NCBI RefSeq assembly: GCF_009914755.1
Contig: NC_060946.1
Origin: the human T2T-CHM13v2.0 reference genome, Homo sapiens
DNA length: 64,000 bases
Reading direction: 5' to 3' (one strand)
The translations under genes were made by a program, and so were the position numbers. The notes beneath the pieces were generated by a model. That model was not told the DNA's origin. It worked only from the letters and a program-made list of their open reading frames with translations, and made no database searches. Each line of letters begins with the position of its first letter. The stretch's first letter is position 1. Positions 1 through 14,860 of this stretch are shown here, piece after piece.

Positions 1-3000
1 GTATCTCTTGTATATGCTTCGCCGACAGGGGGCATTGAGACATATCTCTGCACTGATCACCGAGGTGATGCAACTCTTGTCTGGGATCTGCTTACAGGGG
101 GCATTGTGACATATCTCTGCCCTGATCACCCAGGTGATGTAACTCTTGTCTAGGCTCTGCCTAGAGGGGGATTTGTGACATATCTCTGCACTGATCACCC
201 AGGTGATGGAAGTCTTGTCTAGGCTCTGTCTATTGGGGCATTCTGTCAAATATCTGCACTGATTACCCAGGTGATGTAACTCTTTTCTAGGCTCTGTCTA
301 GAGGGATTTTTGTGACATATCACAGCAATGATCACCTAGGTGATGTAAGCCTTGTATGGGCTTTGCCTACAGAAGGCTTTGTGATATATCTCTGCACTGA
401 TCTCTGAGGTGATGCAACTCTTGTCTAGGCACTGCCTACAGGGGACATTGGTACATATCTCTGCACAGATCACACAGGTGATGGACTCTTGTCTTAGATC
501 TGCCTACATGGACATTGTGACACATCTCTGAACTGATCAACCAAGTGATGAAACTCTTGTCTAGGCTCTGCCTACAGGGGCTTTGTGACACACCTCTGCA
601 CTGATCACCCTGGGGAGGGAACCCTTGTCTATTCTCTGCCTACAGGAGGTTTTATGACTTACACCTGCACTGATAAACTAGGTGATGTAACACTTATCTA
701 GGCTCCGCCTACACGGGATTTCTCACATATCTCTGCACTGATCACCCAGGTGAGGGACTCTTGTCTTGGATCTGCCTATGGGGGCATTGTGACATATCTC
801 TGCACTGATTACCCAGGTGATGTAACTGTTGTATAAGCTCTGCCTACAGGGGAATTGTGACATATCTCGCCACTGATAACTCACGTGATGTAACTATTGT
901 CTAGGATTTGCCTACTGTGGGCTTTGTGACATACCTTTGCACTGATCAGCAAGGTGATGTATCTCATCTAATTCTGCCTACAGGAGGTTTGTGACATATC
1001 CCTGCACTGATCACTTAGGTGATGTAACACTTTTTTAAGCACTGCCTGCAGGGAGTTTTGACAAATCTGGGCACTGATCACCTTGGCCATGTAACTCTTG
1101 TCTACCCTCTGCCCAAAGGGGGCATTGTGAAATATCCCTGCACTGATCACCCAGGTGATTCCACTCTTGTCTAGGATTTGCCTACAGGGGGATTTTTGAA
1201 ATATCTCTGCACTGATTCACTAGGTGATGGAACTAGTGTTTATGCTCTGCCTACATGGGCGTTTTCACATATTCCTAAACTGATGACAATGGTTATGTAA
1301 CTCTTGCCTAGGCTTTGTCTACAGGGGACACTGTGACATATCTCTGCAGTGATCACACAGGTGATGAAACTCTTGTCTATATCTGCCTACTGTCGGCATT
1401 GTGGCATATTTCTGCACTGATCACCCAAGTGATGGACTCTTGTCTTGGATCTGCCTATGGGGGCATAGTGACATATATCTGCACTGATCACTCATGAGAT
1501 GTAACGCTCGTCTAAGCTGCACGTAAAGGGGAATTGTGGCAGATATCTCCACTGATCACCCAGGTGATGTAACAACTTTTTGAGATTTGTCTACAGGGGG
1601 CTTTGTGACATATCTTTGCACTGATCACCCAGGTGATGTAAACCTTGTCTAGGCTCGGCCTACAGGGGCTTTGTGACATATTTCTGTACTGATCACCCAG
1701 GTGATGTAACTCTTGTCTAGACTCCACCTACAGGGGCTATTGTGACGTATCTCTGCACTGATCACCCAGGTGATGTAACATTTTCCTAGGCCCTGCCTAC
1801 AGGGGCGTTTTGACATAGCTCTGCACAGATCACCTAAGTTATGTAACTCTTGTCCACTCTCTGCCTACAGGGGGCATTGTGAAATATCTCTGCACTGATA
1901 ACCCAGGTGATGGGACTCTTCTCTATACTCTGCCTAGAGGGGGATTTGTGACATATCTCTGCACTGATCACCCAGGTGATGGAAGTCTTGTCTAGTCTCT
2001 GTCTATGGTGGCATTGTGTCAAATATCTGCACTGATCACCCAGGTGATGTAACTCTTGTCTCGGCTCTGTCTACAGGGACTTGTGTGACATATCACTGCA
2101 CTGATCACCTAGGTGATGTAAGCTTTGTGTGGGTTTGCCTACAGAAGGCTTTGTGACATATCTATGCTCTAATCTCTGAGGTGATGCAACTCTTGTCTAA
2201 GCACTGCCTACAGGGGACATTGGTACATCTCTCTGCACTGATCACCCAGGTGATGGACTCTTTTCTTAGATCTGCCTACATGGACATTGTGACACATCTC
2301 TGCACTGATCAACCAAGTGATGAAACTCTTGTCTAGGCTCTGCCTACAGGGGCTTTGTGACACTTCTCTGCACTGATCACCCTGGGGAGGAATCTCTTGT
2401 CTACGCTCTGCCTACAGGAGGCTTTATGACTTATACCAGCACTGATAACCTAGGTGATGTAACACATGTCTACACTCTGCCTACAAGGGAATTCTCACAT
2501 ATCTCTGCACTGATCACCCGGGTGATATAACTCCTGTCTAGGTTCAGCCTACAGGAGCGTTTTGACATATCTCCTCACTGATCACCCAGGTGATGTAACC
2601 CTTGTCTAAACTCTGACTACAGGGGCATTGTGACAGATCTCTCCACTGCTCACCCACGTGATGTAACTATTGTTTGGGCTTTGCCTACAGGGGGCTTTTT
2701 GATATACATTTCCACTGATCAAACATGTGATGTAACCCTTGTCAAGGTTCTGCTTACAGGGGCTTTGTGACATATCTCTACACTGATCACCCCAGGGAGG
2801 ATACACTTGTCTACACTCTGCCTACAGGAGGCTTTACGACTTATCCCTGCACTGATCACTAGGTGATGGAACACTTGTCTAGGCTCTGTCTACACTGGAA
2901 TTTTCACATATGTGTACACTGATCCCCTAAGTGATTTAACCCTTGCCTAGGTTCAGCCTACTGGGGATTTCTGACGTAGCTATGCACTGATCACTGAGGT

Positions 3001-3164
3001 GATGTAAATCAATTTCAGGCGTTTTGTACAGGGAACGTTGTGATATATCTCTGCACTGATCACCCAAATGATGCAAATCTTCTCTAGCCTCCTCAGGGAG
3101 GGGGCATTGTGACATATTTCTGATCTCATCATCCAGGAGATGTAACTATTCTCCAGGCTTTGAC
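1..3164 (-). repeat. Beta satellite (68-bp Sau3A) array
   Basis: Tandem ~68-bp monomers with CTGCACTGATCACCCAGGTGATGTAACTCTTGTCTAGGCTCTGCCTACAGGG and a GATC site in most monomers. Confidence 0.97.
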
Positions 3165-3869
3165 TAAAGAGCGTCGGAAGGTGTTGGGAGAGCCTCAGCT
3201 GGAATTTCATGGACAGACAAGGGCACAGAGAGGCCAGCGGACTCCCTTGCACATCACCCGGGTTGCACAATGAGCGCAGGTCTAGCCAGGAGGCCGGCAA
3301 AGAGGGCTAGATGTCTGCGTTCCACCGCCAGACACTCCATGGTGGCAGCTGGGAGGCTGAAGGGGCATGGGCGGGGCGGCGACGGTGGCGTGGAGGCACA
3401 GAGGAGGCGAGCCTCCTGAGTGGTGTCAGGCCTGGAAGCTGTACGGGCCCGGTGTTTTGCGGGACGTGGGTCTCCACCCAGCCCAGGGGAAGACGCATTT
3501 TCCAGGGCTTGGTGGTTGTGTTGGGGAGGGGGGGTCACTCGGGGTTGGGGTGGTGGAAAGTCATGGGCGCTCTGTCCAGGCTGCTCCCAAAGCTCAGGCG
3601 GCTTCCCGCAAACCCGCGCGTGCGCAATAGGCGGCCCACCTGCTGGTACCTGGGCCGGATCTGCGATCCCCGGGATGCCCAGGAAAGAATGGCAGTTCTC
3701 CACTGTGTGGAGTCTCTCACCGGGCCCAGACCTAGCAGGCCGGAATCCCAGGCCGGTCAGCCCGGTGGAGGGCGCGTGGGGAAGACACGACCCTCCATAG
3801 CCAGCCAGGTGTTCCCCGCGAAATAGAGGCCACCGCCCTGTCCCGACCTGACACCGTCCAAATCCCGCG

Positions 3870-5198
<1,329 letters not shown>

Positions 5199-5251
5199 TC
5201 ACTGCAGCAGGTGCAGCCAGAAGGCCTGCCCGGAAAGCCAGCCAGTGGCTC

Positions 5252-5306
5252 TTATAAAGGCCCACAGGCAGGCATGCTCCACCCCTTCATGAATGGCGGT
5301 GAGCCC
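5252..5306 (-). promoter_or_regulatory. DUX-type promoter: TATAA box plus D4Z4 binding element-like motif
   Basis: Minus strand CTCACCGCCATTCATGAAGGGGTGGAGC...CCTTTATAAG about 130 bp upstream of the ATG. Confidence 0.7.
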
Positions 5307-5912
5307 TGGGACAGACCGCTCGACCCCGGAATGGTCCCAGGGCGTCGAGGACTGTGGCCGGGGGGTGGTGGGGTGTGGTGGGAGGGCATGGTGATGGTGG
5401 TTGTGGGGCCTGAGAGTCGAAGAGGAAGGGGGCAAGGGGGAAGGGGTGAGGGGGGAGCGTTTCACTGGCTGGCTCTCCGGATCCCTCCAGGAATCCCGCG
5501 GGAACTGAAAGCCGCTCTCTCGGCTCCCACGCATCTTCAGCAGGGAGAAACCCTCCTGGTAGGGTGGAGGGGAGTGTGGAACTGAACCTACGCGGGAGTA
5601 TTGAGTGTTCCAGGTCCTCTCTCCGTGAAGGAGGCAGTGCCTAGGGGTGTCGCTGTTGCTGGGACAGTCTCACACACTCAGGCGTGCGGCTCTCGTTCAT
5701 TTCCATGTAGGAGACCAGAGCGAGACCCCAGAGAGAAGATGCCTCCCCGGCGTGATGGCCTGACGATGGATTCCCACGTGTGGCAACATGGGGAGTATGC
5801 AGTGTGGCCGGTTTTTAATCTGGCAAGGAGAGCGAAGGCACCATGCCGGTGTTCCACCCTTCCCTGCATGTTTCCTGGTGCCTGCAGAGCTCTGGGAGCA
5901 AAGAGTCAGCCT

Positions 5913-8900
5913 GAAAAATCTCTGAACGGATCAACAAAGTGATGTAAGTTTTGTCTTGGCTCTGCCTACAGGGGCTTTGTGACATATCGCTGCACTGATC
6001 ACCCAGGTGATGGAATCTTGTCTTTGATCGGCCCAGATGGACATTGTGACACATCTCTGAACTGATCAACAAAGTGATGAAACTCTTGTCTAGGATCTGC
6101 CTACAGGGGCTTTGTGACACGTCTCTGCACTGATCACCCTGGGGAGGGAACTTTTGTCTACTCTCTGCCTACAGGAGGTTTTATGACTTATACCTGCACT
6201 GATAACCTAGGTGATGTAACACTTGTCTAGGCTCTGCCTACACAGGAATTATCACATATCTCTGCACTGATCACCCAGCTGACGGACTCTTATCTTGGAT
6301 CTTCCTATGGGGGCATTGTGACATATCTCTGCACTGATCACCCAGGTGATGGAACACTTTTGTACTCTCTGCCTACAGAGGGCGTTGTGACATCACTCTG
6401 CACGGAACACCCGAGTTATGTAACTCTTGTCTACGCTCTGCCTACGGGGGCATAGTGACTTATCTCTGCACTTATCACCCTGGAGATATGTCTTGTCTAA
6501 GCTCTGCCTAGAGGTACATTGGGACATATCTCTGCAGTGATCGCTGAGGTGATGTAAAAATTGTCTATGCTTTGCCTACAGTGGGATTTATGACATATCT
6601 CTGCACCGATCACCCAGGTGATATAACTCTTGTCTAGGCTCTGCTTACACGGGGTTTTGTGAGATATCTCTGCACTGATCACCCATGTGATGTAACTCTT
6701 GTCTAGGCTCTGCCTACATGGGCATTTTAACATATCACTGCACTGATCACCGAGATGATGTAACTCTTGTATTGGCTTTGCTGACAGGGGGCATTGAGAG
6801 ATATCTCTGCACTGATCACTTAGGTGATGCAACTCTTGTCTGGGATCTGCTTACAGGGGGCATTGTGACATATCTCTGCCCTGATCACCCAGGTGATGTA
6901 ACTCTTGTCTAGGCTCTGCCTGCTGGAGACATTGTGACATATCTCTGCACTGATCACCCAGGTGATGTCACTATTATCAAAGATATGGCTACAGGGACAT
7001 TGTGACATGTCTCTGCAGTGATCACACAGCTGATATAACTCTTGTCTAGGCTCTGGTTACAGGGGGCTTGTGACACATCTCTGCACTGATCACCCAGTTG
7101 ATGTAACCCTTGTCTAGGCTCTGCCAAAAGGGGGCATTGTGTCATAACTCTGCACTGATCACCCAGGTGATGTAACTCTTGTCTTTATCTGCCTACTGGC
7201 GGCATTGGGGCAGATTTCTGCACTGATCTCCCAGCTGATGGACTCTTGTCTTGGATTTGCCAATGGGGGCATAGTGACATATCTCTGCACTGATCTCCCA
7301 GCTGATGGACTCTTGTCTTGGATTTGCCAATGGGGGCATAGTGACATATCTCTGCACTGATCATCCATGAGATGTAACCCTTGTCTAAGCTGCGCCTAAA
7401 GGGGAATTGTGACACATACCTCCACTGATCACCCAGGTGATGTAACAGTTTGCTTGGATTTGTCTACAGTGGGCTTTGTGACATATCTTTGCACTGATCA
7501 CCCAGGAGATGTAACTCTTGTCTAGTCTCGGCCTACATGGGCTTTGTGACATATTTCTGCACTGATCACCCATTTGCTGTAACTCTTGTCTAGGCTCCAC
7601 CTACAGGGGATATTGTGACGAATCTCTGCACTGATCACGCAGGTGATGTAACATTTATCTAGGCTCTACCTACAGGGGCTTTTTGACATATCTCTGCACA
7701 GATCAACTAGGTTATGTAACTCTTGTCCAGTCTCTGCCTACAGGGGGCATTGTGAAACATCTCTGCACTCATCACCCAGCTGATGGGACTCTTCTCTATA
7801 CTCTACCTAGAGGGGTATTTGTGACATATCATCTCTGCAATGATCACCCAGGTGATGGAAGTCTTGTCTAGGCTCTGTGTATGGGGATATTGTGTCAAAT
7901 ATCTGCACTGATCACCCAGGTGATGTAACTCTTTTAGAGGCTCTGTCTACAGGGATTTTTGTGACATATCACTGCACTGATCACCTAGGTGATGTAAGCC
8001 TTATATGGGTTTTGCCTACAGAAGGCTTTGTGATGTATCTATGCACTGATCTCTGAGGTGATGCAACTCTTTTCTAGGCACTGCCTAGGGACATTGGTAC
8101 ATATCTCTGCACTGATCTCCCAAGTGATGGACTGTTGTCTTACATGTGCCTACATGGACATTGTGACACATCTCTGAACTGATCAACCAAGTGATGAAAC
8201 TCTTGTCTAGGCTCTGCCTGCGGGGGCTTTGTGACACATCTCTGCACTGATCACCCTGGGGAGGAATCTCTTGTCTACGCTCTGCCTACAGGAGGCTTTA
8301 TGACTTATACCAGCACTGATAACCTAGGTGATGTAACACTTGTCTAGGCTCTGCCTACACGGGAATTCTTACATATCTCTGCACTGATCACCCAGGTGAT
8401 GTAACTCCTGTCTAGGTTCAGCCTACAGGAGCATTTTGACATATCTCTGCACTGATCTCCCAGGTAATGTAACTCTGGTCTAGGTTCTCCTTACAGGGGG
8501 TATTGTGACATATCTCTGCACTGATCACCTAAGTGATGTAACACTTGTGTAGGCTCTCCCTACAGGGGCATTTTGACATATCCCTGCACTGTTTAACCGA
8601 GGTGATGTAACTCTTGTCTAGGTTGTGCCCACAGGGGGATTGAGACATATATCTGCACTGATCCCGAGGTGATCCAACTCTTGCCTGGTTTCTGCCTACT
8701 GGGGACATTTTGACATATCTCTGCAGTGATCTCCCAGGTGCCGTAACTTTAGTCTAGGTTCCGGCTAAACAGCATTGTGACATATCTCTGCACTGATCAC
8801 CCAGGTGATGGGACTCTGCTCTATACTCTGCCTAGAGGGGGATTTGTGACATATCTCTGCGCTGATCACCGAGGTGATGGAAGTCTTGTCTAAGCTCTGT

Positions 8901-10065
8901 GTATGGGGGCATTGTGTCAAATATCTGCACTGATCACCCAGGTGAGGTAACTCTTGTCTAGACTCTGTCTACAGGGATTTTTGTGACATATCACTGCACT
9001 GATCACCTAGGTGATGTAAGCCTTGTATGGGCTTTGCCTACAGAAGGCTTTCTGACATATCTATGCACTGATCTCTGAGGTGATGCAACTCTTGTCTAGG
9101 CACTGCCTCCAGGGGACATTGATACATATTTCTGAACTGATCACCCAGGTGATGGACACTTGTCTTAGATCTGCCTACATGGACATTGTGACACATCTCT
9201 GAACTGATCAACCATGTGATGAAACACATGTCTAGGCTCTGCCTCCAGGGGCTTTGTGACACATCTCTGCACTGATCACCCTCGGGAGGGAACTCTTGTC
9301 TACTCTCTGCCTACAGGAGTCTTTATGGCTTATACCTTCACTGATAACCTAGGTGATGTAACACTTGTCTACACTCTGCCTACACGGAAATTCTCACATG
9401 TCTCTGCACTGATCACCCGGGTGATGTAACTCCTGTCTAGGTTCAGCCTACAGGAGCGTTTTGATATATCTCTGCACTGATCACCCAGGTGATGTAACCC
9501 TTACCTAAGCTCTGCCTACAGGGACATTGTGACAGATCTCTCCACTGCTCACCCAGGTGATGTAACAATTGTCTTGGCTTTGCCTACAGGGGGCTTTGTG
9601 ATATACATTTCCACTGATCAAACAGGTGATGTAACCCTTGTCAAGGTTCTGCTTACAGATGCTTTGTGACATATCTCTACACTGATCACCCCAGGGAGGA
9701 AACACTTGTCTACACTCTGCCTACAGGAGGCTTTACGACTTATCCCTGCACTGATCACTAGGTGATGTAACACTTGTCTAGGCTCTGTCTACACAGAATT
9801 TTCAAATATCTCTACACTGATCACCTAAGTGATGTAACTCTTGTCTACGTTCAGCCTACTGGGGATTTCTGACATACCTATGCACTGATCACCGAGGTGA
9901 TGTAAATCATTTCCAGGCTTTTTGTACAGGGGACATTGTGATATATCTCTGCACTGATCACCCAAATGATGCAAAACTTCTCTAGGCTCCACAGGGAGGG
10001 GGCATTGTGACATATTTCTGAACTGATCATCCAAGAGATGTAACTATTCTCCAGGCTTTCACTAA
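5913..10065 (-). repeat. Beta satellite array
   Basis: Tandem 68-bp monomers, same orientation as 1-3164. Confidence 0.97.
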
Positions 10066-11148
10066 AGAGCGTCAGAAGGTGTTGGGAGTGACTCAGCCGG
10101 AATTTCACGGACGCACAACGGCACAGAGAGGCCAGCGTGCTCCCTTGCAGGTCAGCCGGGGTGTGCAATGAGCGCAGGTATAGCCAGGAGGCCGGCAAAG
10201 AGAGCTAGAGATCTGCTTTCTGCCGCCAGGGGCTCCATGGTGGCAGCTGGGATGCTGCAGGGTCACGGGCAGGCCAGCGACGGTGGCGTGGAGGTGCAGA
10301 GGAGGCGAGCCGCCAGAAGGGTGTCAGGCCTGGACGCTGTGCGGGCCCAGTGTTTCACGGGACTGGGGTCTCCACCCAGCCCAGGGGAGGAGGCATTTTC
10401 CGGGGGTGGGGTATTGGGGTGATGAGGCGGTGTTCAAGCGGGGGTGGGGTGGTGGAAAGGCACTGAAGCTCTGCCCATGCTGCTCCCACAGCACAGGCAG
10501 CGGCCCACAAACCCGCACGTGCACAGTAGGTGGCCCAACTGCTTTTACCTGGGCCGGCTGTGGGATCCCTGGGATGCCCAGGAAAGAATGGCAGTTCTCT
10601 GCTGGATGGATTCTCTCATTGGGCCTAGACCTAGAAGGCAGGAATCCTAGGCCGGTCAGCCCGGTGATGGGGGTGGAGGGAAGACACGCCCCTCCATAGT
10701 CAGCCAGGTGTTCCCCGTGAAAGAGAGGCCACCTCCCTGTCCCGACCCGACCTGTCCCAACACCGCGTCCTAAAGCTCCTCCAGCAGAGCCCGGTAATCT
10801 TCCTTGCTGAGGGCTGCTTCCATCGAAGCGGCCTCCTCCAAGGCCTCCAGCTCCCCCGGGGCCTCCATTTATAGAAAATATTGCGCCTGCTGCAAAAACT
10901 CCGGGTTCGCCAGGAGCTCATCCAGCAGCAGGCCGGAGGGGAGTGCAGACGAGCTCCCAGGCTCCTGGAATGCCTGCGAGGGCGCCGGGATGCCTTGCAT
11001 CTGCTCCTGCCATGCGGAGGCCTCCGGGGGCACAGGCTGGTGAGGTGGAGATGCCCCGGCTTGGGGTTACCCCGCCGCCCTGGCGACCTGGGGACCCCGG
11101 AACCAGCCTCACTACGGATGCCCAGGAAAGAATGGCAGTTCTCCGCTG
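10066..11148 (-). repeat. 5'-truncated D4Z4-like unit 2 (DUX4L C-terminal remnant, exon 2, pLAM-like)
   Basis: Normal stop at 10770-10772, in-frame TAA in the activation-domain region, truncated at ~11118 by an inversion junction. Confidence 0.9.
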
Positions 11149-12094
11149 CCTAGACAACTCAGCCTAGAAAAGAATTACATCATCTCGTTTAACAGTGCAG
11201 AGAATTGTCAAAATGCCCCTGTAGGCAGAGCCTAGACAAGAGTTACATCACTTAGGTGATCAGTGCAGAGATATGTCACAATACCCCCTGTAAGCAGAGC
11301 CTAGACAAGAGTTAAATCACATGGGTGATCAGTGCAGCGATATGTGAAAAGACCCCTTTAAGCAGAGCCTAGACAATAGTTACATCACCTGCGTGATCAG
11401 TTCAGAGATATGTCACATTGCCCCCATAGGCATATCCAAGACAAGAGTCCGTCACCTGGGTGATCAGTGCAGAAATATGTGACAATGCCCCCAGTAGGCA
11501 GAGCCTAGAGTAGAGTGCCATCACCTGGGTGATCAGTGCAGAGATATATCACAATGCCCCTGCAGGCAGAGCGTAAGCAAGGGTTACATCACCTACATGA
11601 TCAGTGCAGAGGTATGTCACAAGGACCCCTATAGGCAGAGCCTGGACATGAGATACATCACCTCGGTGATCAATGCAGTGATATGTCACTATGCCCCATA
11701 GGCAGAGCATAGTCAAGCGTTACATCACCTGGGTGATCAGTGCAGAGATATGTCACAAAGCCCCCATAAACAGAGCCTAGACAAGAGTCCCATCACCTTT
11801 CTGATCAGTGTAGAAATGTGTCACAATGCCCCGATAGGCAGATCCAACACAAGAGTTACATCAACTGGGTGATCAGTGTAGAAATGTGTCACAATGCCCC
11901 GATAGGCAGATCCAACACAAGAGTTACATCACCTGGGTGATCAGTGTAGAGATATGTCACAATGCCCCCATTGGCAGTGCCTAGAAAAAAGTCCCATCAC
12001 CTGGGTGATCAGTGCAGAGATATGTCACTAAGCCCCTATAGGCCGAGGCTAGACAAGAGTTACATCACTTTTTGATCAGTTCAGAGATGTGTCA
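11149..12094 (+). repeat. Beta satellite array (orientation switched)
   Basis: Monomers read GTTACATCACCTGGGTGATCAGTGCAGAGATATGTCACAATGCCCCTGTAGGCAGAGCCTAGACAAGA. Confidence 0.96.
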
Positions 12095-12679
12095 TGCTGA
12101 CTGTTTCCTCCTGGAGCTCTGCAGTCACCCGGAAACATGTAGGGAAGGGTGGAAGACCAGCATGGTGCCTTCGCTCTCCTTGCCAGTTTCCAAACAGGCC
12201 ACACTGCAGACTCCCCATGTTGCCTCACATGAGAATCCATAATCAGGCCATCACGCCTGGAAGGCATCTTCTCTCTGGGGTGTCGCTCTGGTCTCCTACG
12301 TGGAAATGAACGACAGCCACACGCCTGCGTGTGTGAGACTGTCCCGGCAATGGCGACACCCACAGGCATGGCCTCCTTCACGGAGAGAGGGCCGGGAACA
12401 CTCAAGAATCCCACGGATGTTCAGTTCCACACTCCCCTCCACCCTCCCAGGCCGGTTTCTCCCTGTCGAAGACGCGTGGGAGCCCAGAGAGCAGCTTCCA
12501 GTTCCCGCGGGATTCCTGGAGAGGTCCGGAGAGCCAGCCCCTGAAACGCACCCTCCTCACCCCTTCCCCTCGCCCCCTTCCTCTTCGTCTCTCCAGCCCC
12601 ACCACCACCATCTCCACGCCCTCCCCCCCACCCCACCACCCCCGGCCTCAGGCCTCGACGCCTTGGAACCCTTCCGGTG

Positions 12680-14152
<1,473 letters not shown>

Positions 14153-14860
14153 GACGCAAGGTTTGGACGGGGTCAGGTCGGGGCAGGGAGGTGGCCTCTC
14201 TTTCGCGGGGAAAACCTGGCTGGCTATGGAGGGGCATGTCTTCCCCCCACCCTCTCCACTGGGCTGACCGGCATGGGATTCCTGCCTTCTAAGTCTAGGC
14301 CCAGTGAGATACTCCACACAGCACAGAACTGCCATTCTTTCCTGGGCATCCCTGGGATCCCAGAGCCGGCCCACGTACCAACAGGTGGGCTGCCCACTGT
14401 GCACGCGCAGGTTTGTGGGCAGCTGCCTGGGCTGAGGGAGCAGCCAAGGCAGAGCTGTCGTGCCTTTCCACCACCCCACACCTGCCTGAAAACCCCCTCC
14501 CCACCCCCACCCCCCACCCCCAGAAAATGCGTACTCCCCTGGGCTGGGTGGAGACCCCCATCCCGTGAAACACTGGGCCCGCCCAGCGTCCAGGCCTGAT
14601 ACCCCTCAGGCGGCTCGCCTCCTCAGCACCTCCGTGCCACCGTCGCCAGCCCGCCCGTACTCCTGCAGCCTCCCACCTGCCACCATGGAGCGCCTGACAG
14701 TGGAACTCAGACCTCTAGCTCTCTTTGCCAGCTGCCTAGGTAGACCTGCGCTCATTGCGCACACCAGCTGATGTGCAATGGAGCCCGCTGACCTCTCTGT
14801 GCTCTTGTCCATCTGTGAAATTCCGGCTGAGGCTCTCCCAACACCTTCCGACGCTCTTTA

